DNA from: Sulfurimonadaceae bacterium
GTDB taxonomy: Bacteria > Campylobacterota > Campylobacteria > Campylobacterales > Sulfurimonadaceae
Length of the DNA stretch: 64,000 nucleotides
Direction of reading: 5' to 3'
NCBI GenBank assembly: GCA_041548245.1
Contig: JBFESZ010000001.1
Location: 57,216-121,215, forward strand
Every line of letters begins with the position of its first letter. The first letter of the stretch is position 1. Position numbers and translations under genes: made by a program. Shown in pieces: positions 39,491-50,404 of the stretch. The notes beneath the pieces were generated by a model. The model saw only the letters and a list, made by a program, of their open reading frames with translations, made no database searches and was not told the DNA's origin.

Positions 39491-41440
39491 TCAGCGCTTT
39501 GCTGCAGCTTCTATAATGGCTTCAACAACACCTGGGTCTTCAAGTGTCGTAATATCTTGTGTAATGGGTTCTGCTTTTGCGACAGAGCGGAGGATACGCC
39601 GCATAATCTTTCCAGAACGTGTCTTCGGAAGTCCCGGTACAAAGATAAATCGGTCACATTTGGCAAAGGAACCTATCTCCTCTTTGAGTACAGCATTGAT
39701 CTGTTCAGCCATACTGTCTTGATCATCAAGCGCTTGATCATTCAGAATAACAAAAGCACAAAGCGACTCTCCCTTGATATCATCCGGCTGGCCAATAACG
39801 GCTGATTCTGCAACAAAAGGAGCATTACCTATGCTTGCTTCTATTTCTGCCGAGCCGATACGATGTCCAGAGACATTGATGACATCATCAGTACGTCCCG
39901 TAATAGTGATATACCCCTCTTCATCCACCATAGCACCGTCACCTGAAAAGTAAACAGGTTTTCCCTCTTTTTTCACATCACCGAAATAAGATTTTTTAAA
40001 ACGCTCGGGATCACCCCATACTCCACGGATCATTGCCGGCCAAGGTTTGGTAATACAAAGAAGCCCTGTCTCTCCTGGAGGTGTAGGATGACCATTTTCA
40101 TCTAAAACTTCCACCATCATACCTGGAACTGCAAAGGTTGCACACCCGGGAATAGTCGGTGTGGCACCCGGTAAAGGCGAAATAACATGTCCTCCTGTCT
40201 CCGTTTGCCACCAGGTATCAACGATGGCACACTTTCCACGACCCACTTCATTGTAATACCACATCCAGGCCTCAGGGTTAATCGGCTCTCCCACTGTTCC
40301 CAAAATACGCAAGCTGCTTAAGTCATATTTTTTCGGTTCATCATTTCCCACCTTATGTAGCATACGTATTGCTGTAGGTGCCGTATAAAACTGTGTAACC
40401 TTCAACTCTTCGATCATTTTCCACCAGCGACCAGCATCCGGGTAGACAGGTACCCCCTCAAACATGACTGTTGTAGCGCCGCTTGCCAATGGACCATAAA
40501 CGATATAGGTATGCCCGGTAATCCATCCAACATCGGCGGTACACCAATAGACATCTTCAGGTTTTAGATCAAATACCCATTCCATCGTCAGCTGTGCCCA
40601 AAGAATATAGCCTGCCTGATTATGCTGAACACCCTTTGGTTTTCCAGTACTTCCAGAAGTATAAAGCAAAAAAAGAGGGTCTTCACTTTTCATCACCTCA
40701 GGCTCACAGGTTTCCGCTTGAGCTTCTATCAGATCGTTATATATCTCATCGCGTCCCTCAACAATCTCTATGGGTTCATTGTTTCTTTTGACAACCAATA
40801 CCTTTTCAATCGTTTTGCACCCCTTGGAGAGTGCCATATCGACTATTGGTTTTAGCATATAAGGCTTACCTCTGCGATAGGCACCATCAGCCGTAATAAC
40901 CATTTTTGCATCTGCATCTTCGACGCGATCACGGATGGCATCGGCAGAGAAACCGCCAAAGACAACCGAATGGATAGCACCGATACGCGCACATGCAAGC
41001 ATCATATAAGCTGCTTCCGGGATCATTGGCATATAAATAACAATACGGTCCCCCTTTTGCACACCGTAACGATTTCGTAGAAGATTAGCCGTCTTGTTTA
41101 CTCTGAGTGACAATTCACCATAGGTAATCTTTTGGACATCACCGCGTTCTCCTTCAAAAAGGATGGCTGTCTTCTGCCTCTTGTCCTTAAGATGACGATC
41201 TATACATTGAAAACTGACATTAAGTTCACCACCGTCAAACCACTTATAAAAAGGGGCATCACTCTCATCCAAAACACTATTATATGGGCTGATCCAATCA
41301 ATCTTTTCCTTGGCATAACCATCCCAGAATCCTTCATAATCGGTTTTTGCTCGGTTTTGAAGCTCCCAGTATTCATCCATACTCTTGATATTGGCTTGTT
41401 GACTCAGCTCTTGACTCGGGAAAAATTTTGTATGCTCCAT
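39491..41440 (-). CDS. acs: Acetyl-CoA synthetase
   Basis: [43 protein letters not shown]. Confidence 0.96.
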   Translation of the reverse strand: MEHTKFFPSQELSQQANIKSMDEYWELQNRAKTDYEGFWDGYAKEKIDWISPYNSVLDESDAPFYKWFDGGELNVSFQCIDRHLKDKRQKTAILFEGERGDVQKITYGELSLRVNKTANLLRNRYGVQKGDRIVIYMPMIPEAAYMMLACARIGAIHSVVFGGFSADAIRDRVEDADAKMVITADGAYRRGKPYMLKPIVDMALSKGCKTIEKVLVVKRNNEPIEIVEGRDEIYNDLIEAQAETCEPEVMKSEDPLFLLYTSGSTGKPKGVQHNQAGYILWAQLTMEWVFDLKPEDVYWCTADVGWITGHTYIVYGPLASGATTVMFEGVPVYPDAGRWWKMIEELKVTQFYTAPTAIRMLHKVGNDEPKKYDLSSLRILGTVGEPINPEAWMWYYNEVGRGKCAIVDTWWQTETGGHVISPLPGATPTIPGCATFAVPGMMVEVLDENGHPTPPGETGLLCITKPWPAMIRGVWGDPERFKKSYFGDVKKEGKPVYFSGDGAMVDEEGYITITGRTDDVINVSGHRIGSAEIEASIGNAPFVAESAVIGQPDDIKGESLCAFVILNDQALDDQDSMAEQINAVLKEEIGSFAKCDRFIFVPGLPKTRSGKIMRRILRSVAKAEPITQDITTLEDPGVVEAIIEAAAKR

Positions 41441-41496
41441 TACTGGTCCTTTCAACTTGGTTAATTTATTGTATCACAACTCAACATTTATCAGCG

Positions 41497-41520
41497 AAAA
41501 AGAGGAGTCGCCTCCTCTTT
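41497..41520 (-). terminator. Terminator-like hairpin between divergent acs and RRM genes
   Basis: AAAGAGGAG-TCGC-CTCCTCTTT; U-tract on the minus strand. Confidence 0.55.
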
Positions 41521-41628
41521 GGTAACTACAGTTTGTATTAAGAAAAGTTATATTATCATAATTTTGATATTATTTATTTCTGTTATCAGCAGTTTTATTA
41601 TAATATTTAAATTTTAGCGGAGTGCAAT

Positions 41629-41901
41629 GTGAAACAGATCTATGTAGGGAATATCCCGTATAGTAAAACAGAAGAGGACTTGCAAGAATTATTTGCACAG
41701 TTTGGTGAAGTAACTTCAGTTAAATTCATCAATGACCGAGAAACAGGTAGATTTCGTGGATTCGGATTTGTAGAGATGGCCGATGGCAACTGTGCAGATG
41801 AAGCGATTTCAGACCTAGAAGGTAAAGAGTTTGATGGAAGAGCCTTACGTGTGAATGAAGCACGTCCTCGCCCTGCACGCCCTCCAAGAGACACTTGGTA
41901 A
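41629..41901 (+). CDS. RRM RNA-binding protein
   Basis: IYVGNI (RNP2) and RGFGFVEM (RNP1). Confidence 0.93.
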   Translation: MKQIYVGNIPYSKTEEDLQELFAQFGEVTSVKFINDRETGRFRGFGFVEMADGNCADEAISDLEGKEFDGRALRVNEARPRPARPPRDTW

Positions 41902-41959
41902 AAGACACTTTGAGAGAACGGGAAAATTCCTATTCTTTCATAAGCTCAAACTATTAGAG

Positions 41960-42421
41960 CTATCGGTTTATATCTTCTAATTTTTCTACACTTGCGACCT
42001 TGTTGCCATCTTTGATTATCTTAATACGATCACCTCTCTGGTAGGTATCCTCACCTTTAACCACGATGACCACGACTTCACCGTTGTTAAGTTCGACTGT
42101 CAGTTCCTCAGCATTAGCCTTACCTACTTCACTTCCCGCATAGGCACCGGCAAGACCACCGCCTAAAGCTCCTAGACTACTGGCTCGGCCACCACCTACA
42201 AATGACCCAAGAACGACACCGCTGATAGCACCAATAAATGTTCCCAACCCGTCATCCTTGACAACTACAGGTCGCTCGGAGATGACGGTACCTATCTCAA
42301 TACGTTTAATACTGTCATAACTGCTTCCCTCATACTCTGGACCTTGATTTGTCGCACATCCATTCATCATAGGAAACCACATCAAAACTGCAGTCATTGT
42401 TATTGCTAAAGTTCTATTCAT
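41960..42421 (-). CDS. Glycine-zipper 2TM outer-membrane lipoprotein (SlyB-like)
   Basis: Lipobox-like NGC; G...GA..G..LG...GGG glycine zipper. Confidence 0.82.
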   Translation of the reverse strand: MNRTLAITMTAVLMWFPMMNGCATNQGPEYEGSSYDSIKRIEIGTVISERPVVVKDDGLGTFIGAISGVVLGSFVGGGRASSLGALGGGLAGAYAGSEVGKANAEELTVELNNGEVVVIVVKGEDTYQRGDRIKIIKDGNKVASVEKLEDINR

Positions 42422-43019
42422 GATTACTCTTTCCTTCATATATCCCACCATTGATCATATCAGATATAATACCTTTTTCATCTCTGTTATCGGCGACAAC
42501 GACACCCATTATATGCATTGCTACAAATATCCAAACAGCGTTGAACACCATTTCATGGATCTCCTTAATATCATGAGCCGTCTCTTTCAATAGTCCCAAT
42601 CCTTCATAAAAGTGTATACTCAACCCACTTAGTACCATAAATCCTAAAACCGTATATATCCCGATATAGCCGATTTTAACCAATCTCTTATGCAAAGTGC
42701 TCGATCTGATATCAATAAAGTTGCGTTTTCCACTCTGTGTAAAAAAGAGTGCTACTCTAATCAACAGCAAGCCTGCCAATGCATACCCCAATATGATATG
42801 CCACTCCCACATCGGAGCTCTTACCGCCTTTGCAAGAAGGACTGCCTGTTCTGCACTTACCGCTATATCCATACTGGAAAGTTTATCTGCAATAATCTCA
42901 CTGTTTGTACGCCAACTTAAAAAGGTTTTTCGTAAGACAACGGTACTCAAAAGCCCTATAATGACGATAGCATGTAGCCAATGCCATAGCCTAAAACCTA
43001 CACTCCACTTCTTCATCAT
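42414..43019 (-). CDS. Di-heme cytochrome b (b561 / hydrogenase cytochrome b-like)
   Basis: RLWHWL, WEWH...GY, IHE....MHI; 4 TM helices. Confidence 0.85.
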   Translation of the reverse strand: MMKKWSVGFRLWHWLHAIVIIGLLSTVVLRKTFLSWRTNSEIIADKLSSMDIAVSAEQAVLLAKAVRAPMWEWHIILGYALAGLLLIRVALFFTQSGKRNFIDIRSSTLHKRLVKIGYIGIYTVLGFMVLSGLSIHFYEGLGLLKETAHDIKEIHEMVFNAVWIFVAMHIMGVVVADNRDEKGIISDMINGGIYEGKSNHE

Positions 43020-43101
43020 AGCCCCTTTTAATCTTTGATCTTAACAAGTATTTTAACACCTCTTGGTTACTATTAGATTAAATTAAATGTAACGGATAAC
43101 T

Positions 43102-43308
43102 ATGGAATTCAAAATCAGTGATGAATATATCGAACTGTATAAACTGATCAAAGCGGCTGATCTTGTAGACAGCGGTGCTGAAGCGAAACAACTTATTGAG
43201 CAGGGTTATGTGAAACGCAATGGGGAGGATGAGACCCGCAAGCGTGCGAAGATAAGACCTGACGAAGTCATCACCATCGGTGATGTCACTCTAAAAGTTA
43301 TCTCATAA
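43102..43308 (+). CDS. S4-domain RNA-binding protein (YbcJ/YaaA family)
   Basis: YIEL..L.K......SG.EAK..I..G.V..NG..ETRKRAKI. Confidence 0.9.
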   Translation: MEFKISDEYIELYKLIKAADLVDSGAEAKQLIEQGYVKRNGEDETRKRAKIRPDEVITIGDVTLKVIS

Positions 43309-43340
43309 CTGTCCAAAGCATACTACGATAAGGATTTATC

Positions 43341-43781
43341 ATGGCATTTACTGTTTATCTTTCCGGAGAAATTCATACAGCTTGGCGGGACGAGATTATA
43401 ACGAAGACACAAAAGGCTGGTTTACAAATCAACTACGTCTCACCTGTGATTGATCATGAGGCAAGTGATGCGGCAGGAGATCATTTGGGAGATGAAGAAA
43501 AACAGTTCTGGCGTGACCATAAATCGGCAAAAGTCAATACTATACGTACCAAGAATATGCTAAAACACAGCGATATTGCCGTAATCCGATTTGGACAGGA
43601 GTACAAACAATGGAATGCCGCTTTTGATGCAGGTCAATGTGCGGCTTTGGGTATCCCCTACATCACCTTACATGATGAAAACATCATCCATCCATTAAAA
43701 GAGGTCGATGCCCAGGCAATGGCCTGGACTACGACAACACAACAGGTTGCAGATATTCTAAGATATGTGATAGAAGCCTAG
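43341..43781 (+). CDS. YtoQ family protein
   Basis: VYLSGEIH..WR, FG..YKQWNAAFDAG, HPLKEVD. Confidence 0.9.
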   Translation: MAFTVYLSGEIHTAWRDEIITKTQKAGLQINYVSPVIDHEASDAAGDHLGDEEKQFWRDHKSAKVNTIRTKNMLKHSDIAVIRFGQEYKQWNAAFDAGQCAALGIPYITLHDENIIHPLKEVDAQAMAWTTTTQQVADILRYVIEA

Positions 43782-43795
43782 ATATCTAGCTCATG

Positions 43796-44506
43796 CTAGA
43801 GTAAAAATGAACCTGCTAAACCAATAAGTCCACCGAATACCCCGCCCCAGACGACAAGCCATCCAAGATGTTCAGCAATAATGCGCTGGACCATCTCTTT
43901 GACCATCTTGGCATCGAGCTCATCCATTCTCGCATTGATTGCAGACTCTATCTTTTCATTCAGGTCCAGACTAAGCGTTGATCCAGCGAGGGTCTCATTC
44001 AGGTTCTTTTGAAACTCTTCACTCTTAGCGATCTCTTTGACAGCCATTTTCATCTTTGACTCAAAAGGGGAACGCAGACCCTCAATTGCTTTTTCACCAC
44101 CGAACATTCCAAGCATTGAGCCAAATGGCGACTCCATCACCGTTTTGGCCAAGGCATCATAGGCCGGTGAAAAGTTGGTTTTCTCAATAATAGGTTCAAG
44201 ATCGAGTTTTCTCTCTTCCTGCTCCAAAAAACGCTGCATGTTCTCTGCCGTGAAGAACTCTCTCATCATAAGCTCTTTGATGCTCCGTTTGAAGGCCTCA
44301 AAGTTTTGAGAAATGACACCCGAACCATACAAGAACGGCACCTTCTCAAAAAGCATGTGCACAGCAATCACATTGGTCAATGCTCCGGAAAGAGCAAACA
44401 AGCCAGCATACAAAAGCGGTGTACAAAAAGGCTCTTGCAAAAGATAAGAGACTCCTACAATCACAAGTGCCAAAAAATTCGTCATATAGCTTTTATTTAT
44501 TCCCAT
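43796..44506 (-). CDS. DUF445 membrane protein
   Basis: FALSGALTN..A..MLFEKVP.LYGSGVI, HLGWLVVWGGVFGG. Confidence 0.85.
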   Translation of the reverse strand: MGINKSYMTNFLALVIVGVSYLLQEPFCTPLLYAGLFALSGALTNVIAVHMLFEKVPFLYGSGVISQNFEAFKRSIKELMMREFFTAENMQRFLEQEERKLDLEPIIEKTNFSPAYDALAKTVMESPFGSMLGMFGGEKAIEGLRSPFESKMKMAVKEIAKSEEFQKNLNETLAGSTLSLDLNEKIESAINARMDELDAKMVKEMVQRIIAEHLGWLVVWGGVFGGLIGLAGSFLL

Positions 44507-44559
44507 AATTTTTCCTTTAAAATCGAAATTATACATCAAGCACTTTCCAAATTTCTCTT

Positions 44560-45882
44560 TTACAAGAACTCCCTATAATCCCTGGCACACATCTGTTCGA
44601 TCTCATACACGCTTTTGGCAATCTCACGGGAGAGGTTTTCATACCCTGTGTCCGTCACCAAAATATTGTCTTCTGTTCGTATCCCTATTCCCCTGAATGC
44701 TTCAGGTACCTGCAGGTCATCTTTTGGAAGATAGATTGCCGGCTCAATTGTCAGGACCATTCCCTGCTCAAATGTGACCTCATTTCCATCTTCATCTTTA
44801 TAAGGACAGGTATCATGTACATCCAGTCCCATCCAGTGCCCTATACCGTGTGGGTAATACTTTCTATGTTTTTTCTGTTCGAGCACGCTCTGCAAGGAAC
44901 CTTGTAAGATCCCAAGATCAAGCATGACCTGAGCCAGCATCTGTTCGCTTTTTTCTTGAAGCTGTTGTTTGCTAACACCCGGCTTGATCAATTTAATAAG
45001 CCTCTCTTGCACATCGAGTATCCCTTCATATAGGGCTTGCTGAGGTTTTGAGAACTTTCCGCTTATTGGCGTCGTACGCGTGATGTCAGAAGCATAATAG
45101 TTCCATTCACATCCCGCATCAATAAGCATCATCTCACCCTCATTTAGCACCTGGTTATTATGTACATAATGCAAGGTGTTCGCATTGTTCCCACCAGCGA
45201 CAATCGTCCCATAGGCATCATGTTCCGAACCCTGTTTTTTAAAGATGTACTCTATGACAGCCTGGATCTCATACTCCTTCATTCCTGGCTTGACCATTGC
45301 CATGGCAGCATGATGGGCAACAGTAGTGATAGAAAGGGCTTTTCGGATCTGCTCTATCTCATACACCTCTTTGCGTAAGCGCATCTTTTCAAGCAGTGTA
45401 TTAAGGTGTATATAACTACGTGGAGAGACATCGACTGTACGAACATGTGAAAGCTCTTCGCAGACCTTTTTGACACTATGAATATAATCATTCTCTTTAA
45501 AGGTATCCAGATAGAGTTGCGCACTCCCTTCAAGCAGTTTGGGAAGCTCAGTCTCAAGGGATTTGATGTCATACGCCTCGTCTACTCCAAGTGTTTCGCA
45601 TGCAGGTTCTACTCCTAGACGCTCCCCTACCCACATCTCCATTTCAGGGTCTCTCTCTCGTAAAAAGAGAACGGACTTGCTCTCTTCGGCTTTTTTACAC
45701 AAAAGTAAAAAAGCATCCGGCTCATTAAAACCTGTCAAATAATAAAAGTTACTCTCTTGTCTAAAGGGAAATTCCGTATCATTACTTCGTACCTGCATAC
45801 TGGCCGAAGGTATCAGGGCTATTCCGTTGTCCATTTGCGTCAAAACCTTTTGACGGCGGGCTTTAAAGATGTTGTTTTTCAT
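44560..45882 (-). CDS. pepP: Xaa-Pro aminopeptidase
   Basis: FRQESNFYYLTG, IDAG.E...YASDITRT, HGIGH..GLDVHD, TIEP. Confidence 0.93.
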   Translation of the reverse strand: MKNNIFKARRQKVLTQMDNGIALIPSASMQVRSNDTEFPFRQESNFYYLTGFNEPDAFLLLCKKAEESKSVLFLRERDPEMEMWVGERLGVEPACETLGVDEAYDIKSLETELPKLLEGSAQLYLDTFKENDYIHSVKKVCEELSHVRTVDVSPRSYIHLNTLLEKMRLRKEVYEIEQIRKALSITTVAHHAAMAMVKPGMKEYEIQAVIEYIFKKQGSEHDAYGTIVAGGNNANTLHYVHNNQVLNEGEMMLIDAGCEWNYYASDITRTTPISGKFSKPQQALYEGILDVQERLIKLIKPGVSKQQLQEKSEQMLAQVMLDLGILQGSLQSVLEQKKHRKYYPHGIGHWMGLDVHDTCPYKDEDGNEVTFEQGMVLTIEPAIYLPKDDLQVPEAFRGIGIRTEDNILVTDTGYENLSREIAKSVYEIEQMCARDYREFL

Positions 45883-46106
45883 AAGCCTATTGTACAAAAA
45901 TATAGTTTAGATACCCTAAAGAAATAGCTGTTTCTGTCTGTAAGAATAGACCAAAGGAGTGCAAGTCAGTTTCAAGATATTAAAGCAAACCCTCACATAC
46001 GCCTCCTATGCCAGGACAGATAAAAATGTGATATGATTAATGATGTGATAGGTTCGTGACATAAAGGCGCTATTATCATTATGAGATTTGATCTAAGGAA
46101 AGCAGG

Positions 46107-46862
46107 ATGAGTAAAGAGAAGATTTTAATCGTCGAAGACGATGAAGTTACCGCTATGCACCTTAAGATGGCGCTTCAAAAACTTGGTTACGAAGTCGTCT
46201 CAATTGCTGAGAACACGATTCAGGCACGTAACAAGATAAAGATTTATGAACCTGATGCCATCTTGCTTGACATCTCTTTGCAGGAGCAGATGGATGGGAT
46301 TAACCTTGCTGCCTATATCAGAAGCAAACACCGTATACCCTTCATCTACCTTACTTCCCATTCCGAAAATGAGATCCTGGATGAAGCAAAGGTCACAGAA
46401 CCGCATGGCTACATTGTCAAGCCCTTTGACCCCAATAGTCTGCATACGACGATTCAGATGGCTCTGTACAAGTTTAAAGAGGAGAGAAAGCTCAAAGATG
46501 ACATCAACTCTTTGAAACTGGATAAGCAAGACCTTGAAAAACTCCTTTATAACAAAAAAGTCTCAGACCAGCCACTTGTTCATTTTGCGAAAGACTACCA
46601 TCTTGACATTGGTACCTGTGAGACATTCTACAAGAACGAAAAAATAAAATTGACAAAAAAAGAGAATGCCTTTATCCGTCTACTTGTCGCACAGCTTGGA
46701 CTTGTAGTCAGTTTTGATCAGGCGATGAATTATGTTTGGGAAGATGATGGCGCAACCGAGAACAGTGTACGGACTCTTGTCTGGCGATTACGTAACAAAC
46801 TACCCACCGATATCATTAAAAATGCTTCTGGGATGGGATACTATATCGAGTCTGAAGAGTAG
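46107..46862 (+). CDS. Response regulator (REC + OmpR-type wHTH)
   Basis: IVEDD, LLDI.L, YIVKP; LTKKE...VRTLVWRLR.KL....G.GY. Confidence 0.9.
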   Translation: MSKEKILIVEDDEVTAMHLKMALQKLGYEVVSIAENTIQARNKIKIYEPDAILLDISLQEQMDGINLAAYIRSKHRIPFIYLTSHSENEILDEAKVTEPHGYIVKPFDPNSLHTTIQMALYKFKEERKLKDDINSLKLDKQDLEKLLYNKKVSDQPLVHFAKDYHLDIGTCETFYKNEKIKLTKKENAFIRLLVAQLGLVVSFDQAMNYVWEDDGATENSVRTLVWRLRNKLPTDIIKNASGMGYYIESEE

Positions 46863-46867
46863 TCTTT

Positions 46868-49516
46868 TTATCCCATCATCGCACTGACAATACTTTCCAT
46901 CTCTTCAAATGCCCTCTTATAATCAAAATCCTCGCTTTTTTTACGGGCAGAAGACTCCATCGACGAGCTCAACTCTTCCAATCTTGAAAATCTAAAATTT
47001 GCAGCTGAGCCTTTTATAGAGTGCGACTCTAACGAGATTTTTGAGAACTCTTTCTTCTCAATGGCCTCAGCCAGTATCGGAAAAGACTTTTTCATCTTAT
47101 TCACAAAAGTCTGAAGCAGCAGTCTGACCTCATCGTCTTCTAACATCAGTTCCTCTTTGAGTCCCTGAATATCAACAGATGAATCATTAAAATCATCATG
47201 CGAAATGACTTTGTTGAGTGTTTTTTCTTCTTCCAGATACTGATCCAGGACAGCTTCAAACTCACGTATGACGATAGGTTTTCCTAAAAATGCATCACAT
47301 CCGAACGATAATGCTCGCTCCTTTGCTCCTTCAATAACATTTGCACTCAACCCGATAATAGGTGTATGCCCTTTTTGCTGTACCCTTTCATATTCAAGCA
47401 TCTCATGCGTCGCTTCCAGACCATCTTTTCGTGGCATCTGCTCATCCATAAAGACAAGATCGAAAGAAGCCACTTTGAAGGTCTGTACCGCTTCCAATCC
47501 ATCTGATGCAATGTAATAACTCAGACCATAACGTTCCAGGATGATCTTGATAAGCTCCTGATTGGCAATATTATCTTCTGCCACAAGCACGTGACCGTTA
47601 AATCGGCGTTGCCTCTTCTGTTGAACAAATCTCTCGTCATCATGAGGCGTAAGTTCCAGTGCTTGTAAAAAAGCCTGATACACTTTCTCACAATAGATTG
47701 GATAAACCAAAGGTGTAATATGCGGTGCATTGTCATACTTATTATCAGGTGTATTCAATAAAGCGATACTTGCAACATCAAGCTGTTTTAAGCTCTCTCG
47801 CATCTGGAGTGTCATGTTAGTATCAATAAATATCAAAAGATCATATTCATCTTCATCAATACTTCTGATATAAAAGGTATTGAGATTAAAACTGTCAAAA
47901 TAACGCCGCAAATATTTAAAACGTTCTTCCTGATGTGGACCTTCACAAAGAATCGCAATACGAAGTTTTTGAAACGGGGATGGATCAAATGGAAACTCTG
48001 ATAACTGATCCGGCTTCTCAACAGGCAGTGTAAAGGTAAAACAACTTCCTGTTGACTTCTTGTTTTCGTAACGAATAGTCCCTCCCATATGCTCGACCAA
48101 TTGCTTAGATATAGAGAGTCCCAGTCCCGTTCCTCCTTCGGTAGCTTTTGCTTGCTGAAAAGCGTCAAATATCTTCTCCTGTTCCGACTCTTCTATACCA
48201 TTTCCACTGTCTCGTACAACAATATACAAATTGTTCTCTTCATATTCGACCACGATTTCTATCTCACCACCTTCAGGTGTGAACTTGATAGCATTGGATA
48301 AAAGATTAGAAAAGACCTGTTTTATGCGTAAAGGGTCCGCAATAAGTTCATACGGAATCCTTGGATCAATAAAGGAGCGGATCAAGATGCTTTTCGCGTA
48401 TGCACTCTGTGAGAAGAGTTCGAGTACATGAGAAAATTCCTTATGTGGATTAAAAAGCTTTTTCTCAACATTAAACACCCCGCTGCGAAGCTTTGAGAAG
48501 TCCAAGATATCATTGATAATTCCTAACAGATTTTTCCCACTGTTGTTGATGATACTTAAATAATGGTTATGCCGAGGGTTATGATCCTCTTCAAGCAGAA
48601 TAGAGACAAATCCCAAAATTGCATTCAAGGGTGTACGAATCTCATGGCTCATCGACGAAAGAAATGACTCCTTTGCCTGACCGGCTTCTAATGCCTCCTG
48701 ACGAGCATTGATAAGTTTTGTGACCTCATAGCCTATAGCGATGAACTCTGTCACCCCTCTTATCGGATCAATAATCGGTACAATTGTAATATCCAGATAA
48801 TAGGAAGAGCCATCTTTTTTTCGATTTTTAATCGTACTTTTAAACATCTGCCTTGCATGTAATGTCTTCCACATCTGGGCGAAAAAACTATCTGGTACAT
48901 CGGGATGACGTACAATACTGTGGGGCCGGCCAAGCAACTCGTCTACACTGTAGCCACATATCTGACAGAAATTTTCATTCGCGTAGGTAATCATCCCGTC
49001 TATATCTGTCTTGGAGACAATAGCACTCTCATCCAAAGCTTTTTTGTACTCGTTTAAAAGCTCTACGTTTTTAGCGATCTCCTGTTCTTTTTGATAGATG
49101 GTATCTGTATAGCGTTTTAATACCCCCGAGAAATTCTCATCAAAGACATAAGATATATCATCAAAGAAGCGCTTAGAGTTGACCTTGGCATCATAGGAAA
49201 AGTCGATCATGGATTTGCGAAAATGGCTGCAAATCGTAAAAAGTTCATTGGCAGAGATATCTCTGTCCTTGAGGTAAGCCAAAAACTGGCTCATTACAGG
49301 ACAGTCACCCAGTTTTTTCTCTCCTTTGATAACAGCCATAAAGTAATCAAATACACCAGAACCATAATAGTCCTTAAAAATAGAAGTATCGATATTGTGA
49401 AACTCCAGTATCTCTTTTGGCTCCGCATAAGATATCCACTGGTTTAAAATAATGTCCTTATTCTTTTCAAGTTTGTCAATAATGACTTTGACACTCTCTA
49501 AGCTCTTAACGTTCAT
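46868..49516 (-). CDS. Cytoplasmic hybrid histidine kinase (helical N-domain, PAS, HisKA, HATPase, REC, HPt)
   Basis: No TM segments; [33 protein letters not shown]. Confidence 0.92.
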   Translation of the reverse strand: MNVKSLESVKVIIDKLEKNKDIILNQWISYAEPKEILEFHNIDTSIFKDYYGSGVFDYFMAVIKGEKKLGDCPVMSQFLAYLKDRDISANELFTICSHFRKSMIDFSYDAKVNSKRFFDDISYVFDENFSGVLKRYTDTIYQKEQEIAKNVELLNEYKKALDESAIVSKTDIDGMITYANENFCQICGYSVDELLGRPHSIVRHPDVPDSFFAQMWKTLHARQMFKSTIKNRKKDGSSYYLDITIVPIIDPIRGVTEFIAIGYEVTKLINARQEALEAGQAKESFLSSMSHEIRTPLNAILGFVSILLEEDHNPRHNHYLSIINNSGKNLLGIINDILDFSKLRSGVFNVEKKLFNPHKEFSHVLELFSQSAYAKSILIRSFIDPRIPYELIADPLRIKQVFSNLLSNAIKFTPEGGEIEIVVEYEENNLYIVVRDSGNGIEESEQEKIFDAFQQAKATEGGTGLGLSISKQLVEHMGGTIRYENKKSTGSCFTFTLPVEKPDQLSEFPFDPSPFQKLRIAILCEGPHQEERFKYLRRYFDSFNLNTFYIRSIDEDEYDLLIFIDTNMTLQMRESLKQLDVASIALLNTPDNKYDNAPHITPLVYPIYCEKVYQAFLQALELTPHDDERFVQQKRQRRFNGHVLVAEDNIANQELIKIILERYGLSYYIASDGLEAVQTFKVASFDLVFMDEQMPRKDGLEATHEMLEYERVQQKGHTPIIGLSANVIEGAKERALSFGCDAFLGKPIVIREFEAVLDQYLEEEKTLNKVISHDDFNDSSVDIQGLKEELMLEDDEVRLLLQTFVNKMKKSFPILAEAIEKKEFSKISLESHSIKGSAANFRFSRLEELSSSMESSARKKSEDFDYKRAFEEMESIVSAMMG

Positions 49517-49695
49517 CGCTTCTCTTTAAATACTGTAGATAGGCTTTAACTATAGCAGATTGTTTTTACAGAGAGCCTTAACAGATTTTATATTACTGAT
49601 ATATAGGGATAAGAAAAAAGAGAGATAAGAGGAGTGCTACATATACTCCAGCGGCATCAAGGTCCACCCTTGTGCGATCGACAATAAAATGTGTT

Positions 49696-49878
49696 TTATA
49701 GTGAGAAGTTTAATTGAAAGAGCGTTTTGAAGTTATCTATTGAGACTTTAAGCAGTTGTCCTCGTTCTAGTTCGACTATAGCGTCATTGCCACAAATATC
49801 AAGCAACTTTGCTTTTGAACCGTCTCTTTTTTGGACATATCGCTGATTCAAGATCAGTTTTACACCTGTTTCAAACAT
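49696..49878 (-). CDS. Small hypothetical protein (60 aa)
   Basis: AAGGA RBS, own TATACT -10, hairpins downstream. Confidence 0.6.
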   Translation of the reverse strand: MFETGVKLILNQRYVQKRDGSKAKLLDICGNDAIVELERGQLLKVSIDNFKTLFQLNFSL

Positions 49879-49966
49879 AGTGATCCTTTTACATTGATTT
49901 ACACTGTTTACACAATGTAATATAAGTATAACTATGCTTGATTACAAGAGGGACACACAGCCTCGG

Positions 49967-50257
49967 CTATTTTTGGTAATCGACTACCTTGGCTACCTCG
50001 GTAACCTCTTTGATAAAGTCGACTACCTCAAGATGCGCGGGATGTGTCGCATAGATGGACAGCCCATCTTTGTCATCAAATGTTGATGTTAGAACAAGGT
50101 CAAAGGAGCGTTCGCTTTGCATAAAATCCAAACCTACTTCCATACTCAAAAGAGAAGGTATCTTATCAACCAGAGCTTCAAGCATCTCTTTTGTCTTTTT
50201 TAAGTTCTGCTGTTTATTCTCTTCTTTAAAAGCGAACATAACGATATGTACGATCAT
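49967..50257 (-). CDS. Dabb family (stress-responsive A/B barrel) protein
   Basis: MIVHIVMF.FK, Y..HPAH, VVDY. Confidence 0.9.
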   Translation of the reverse strand: MIVHIVMFAFKEENKQQNLKKTKEMLEALVDKIPSLLSMEVGLDFMQSERSFDLVLTSTFDDKDGLSIYATHPAHLEVVDFIKEVTEVAKVVDYQK

Positions 50258-50404
50258 AGTTTTCCTTAATTTTTTTTCGCATCATAACATTTTTCTTCTA
50301 TGCATGCCTTCTCATCAGTCGAACGACCTGTTCTTTTCATCTTTATCTTGATGAAAGAATAGTTTACAAAAAAACAATATAATTCGCAAAAAAATAGGAT
50401 AAAG

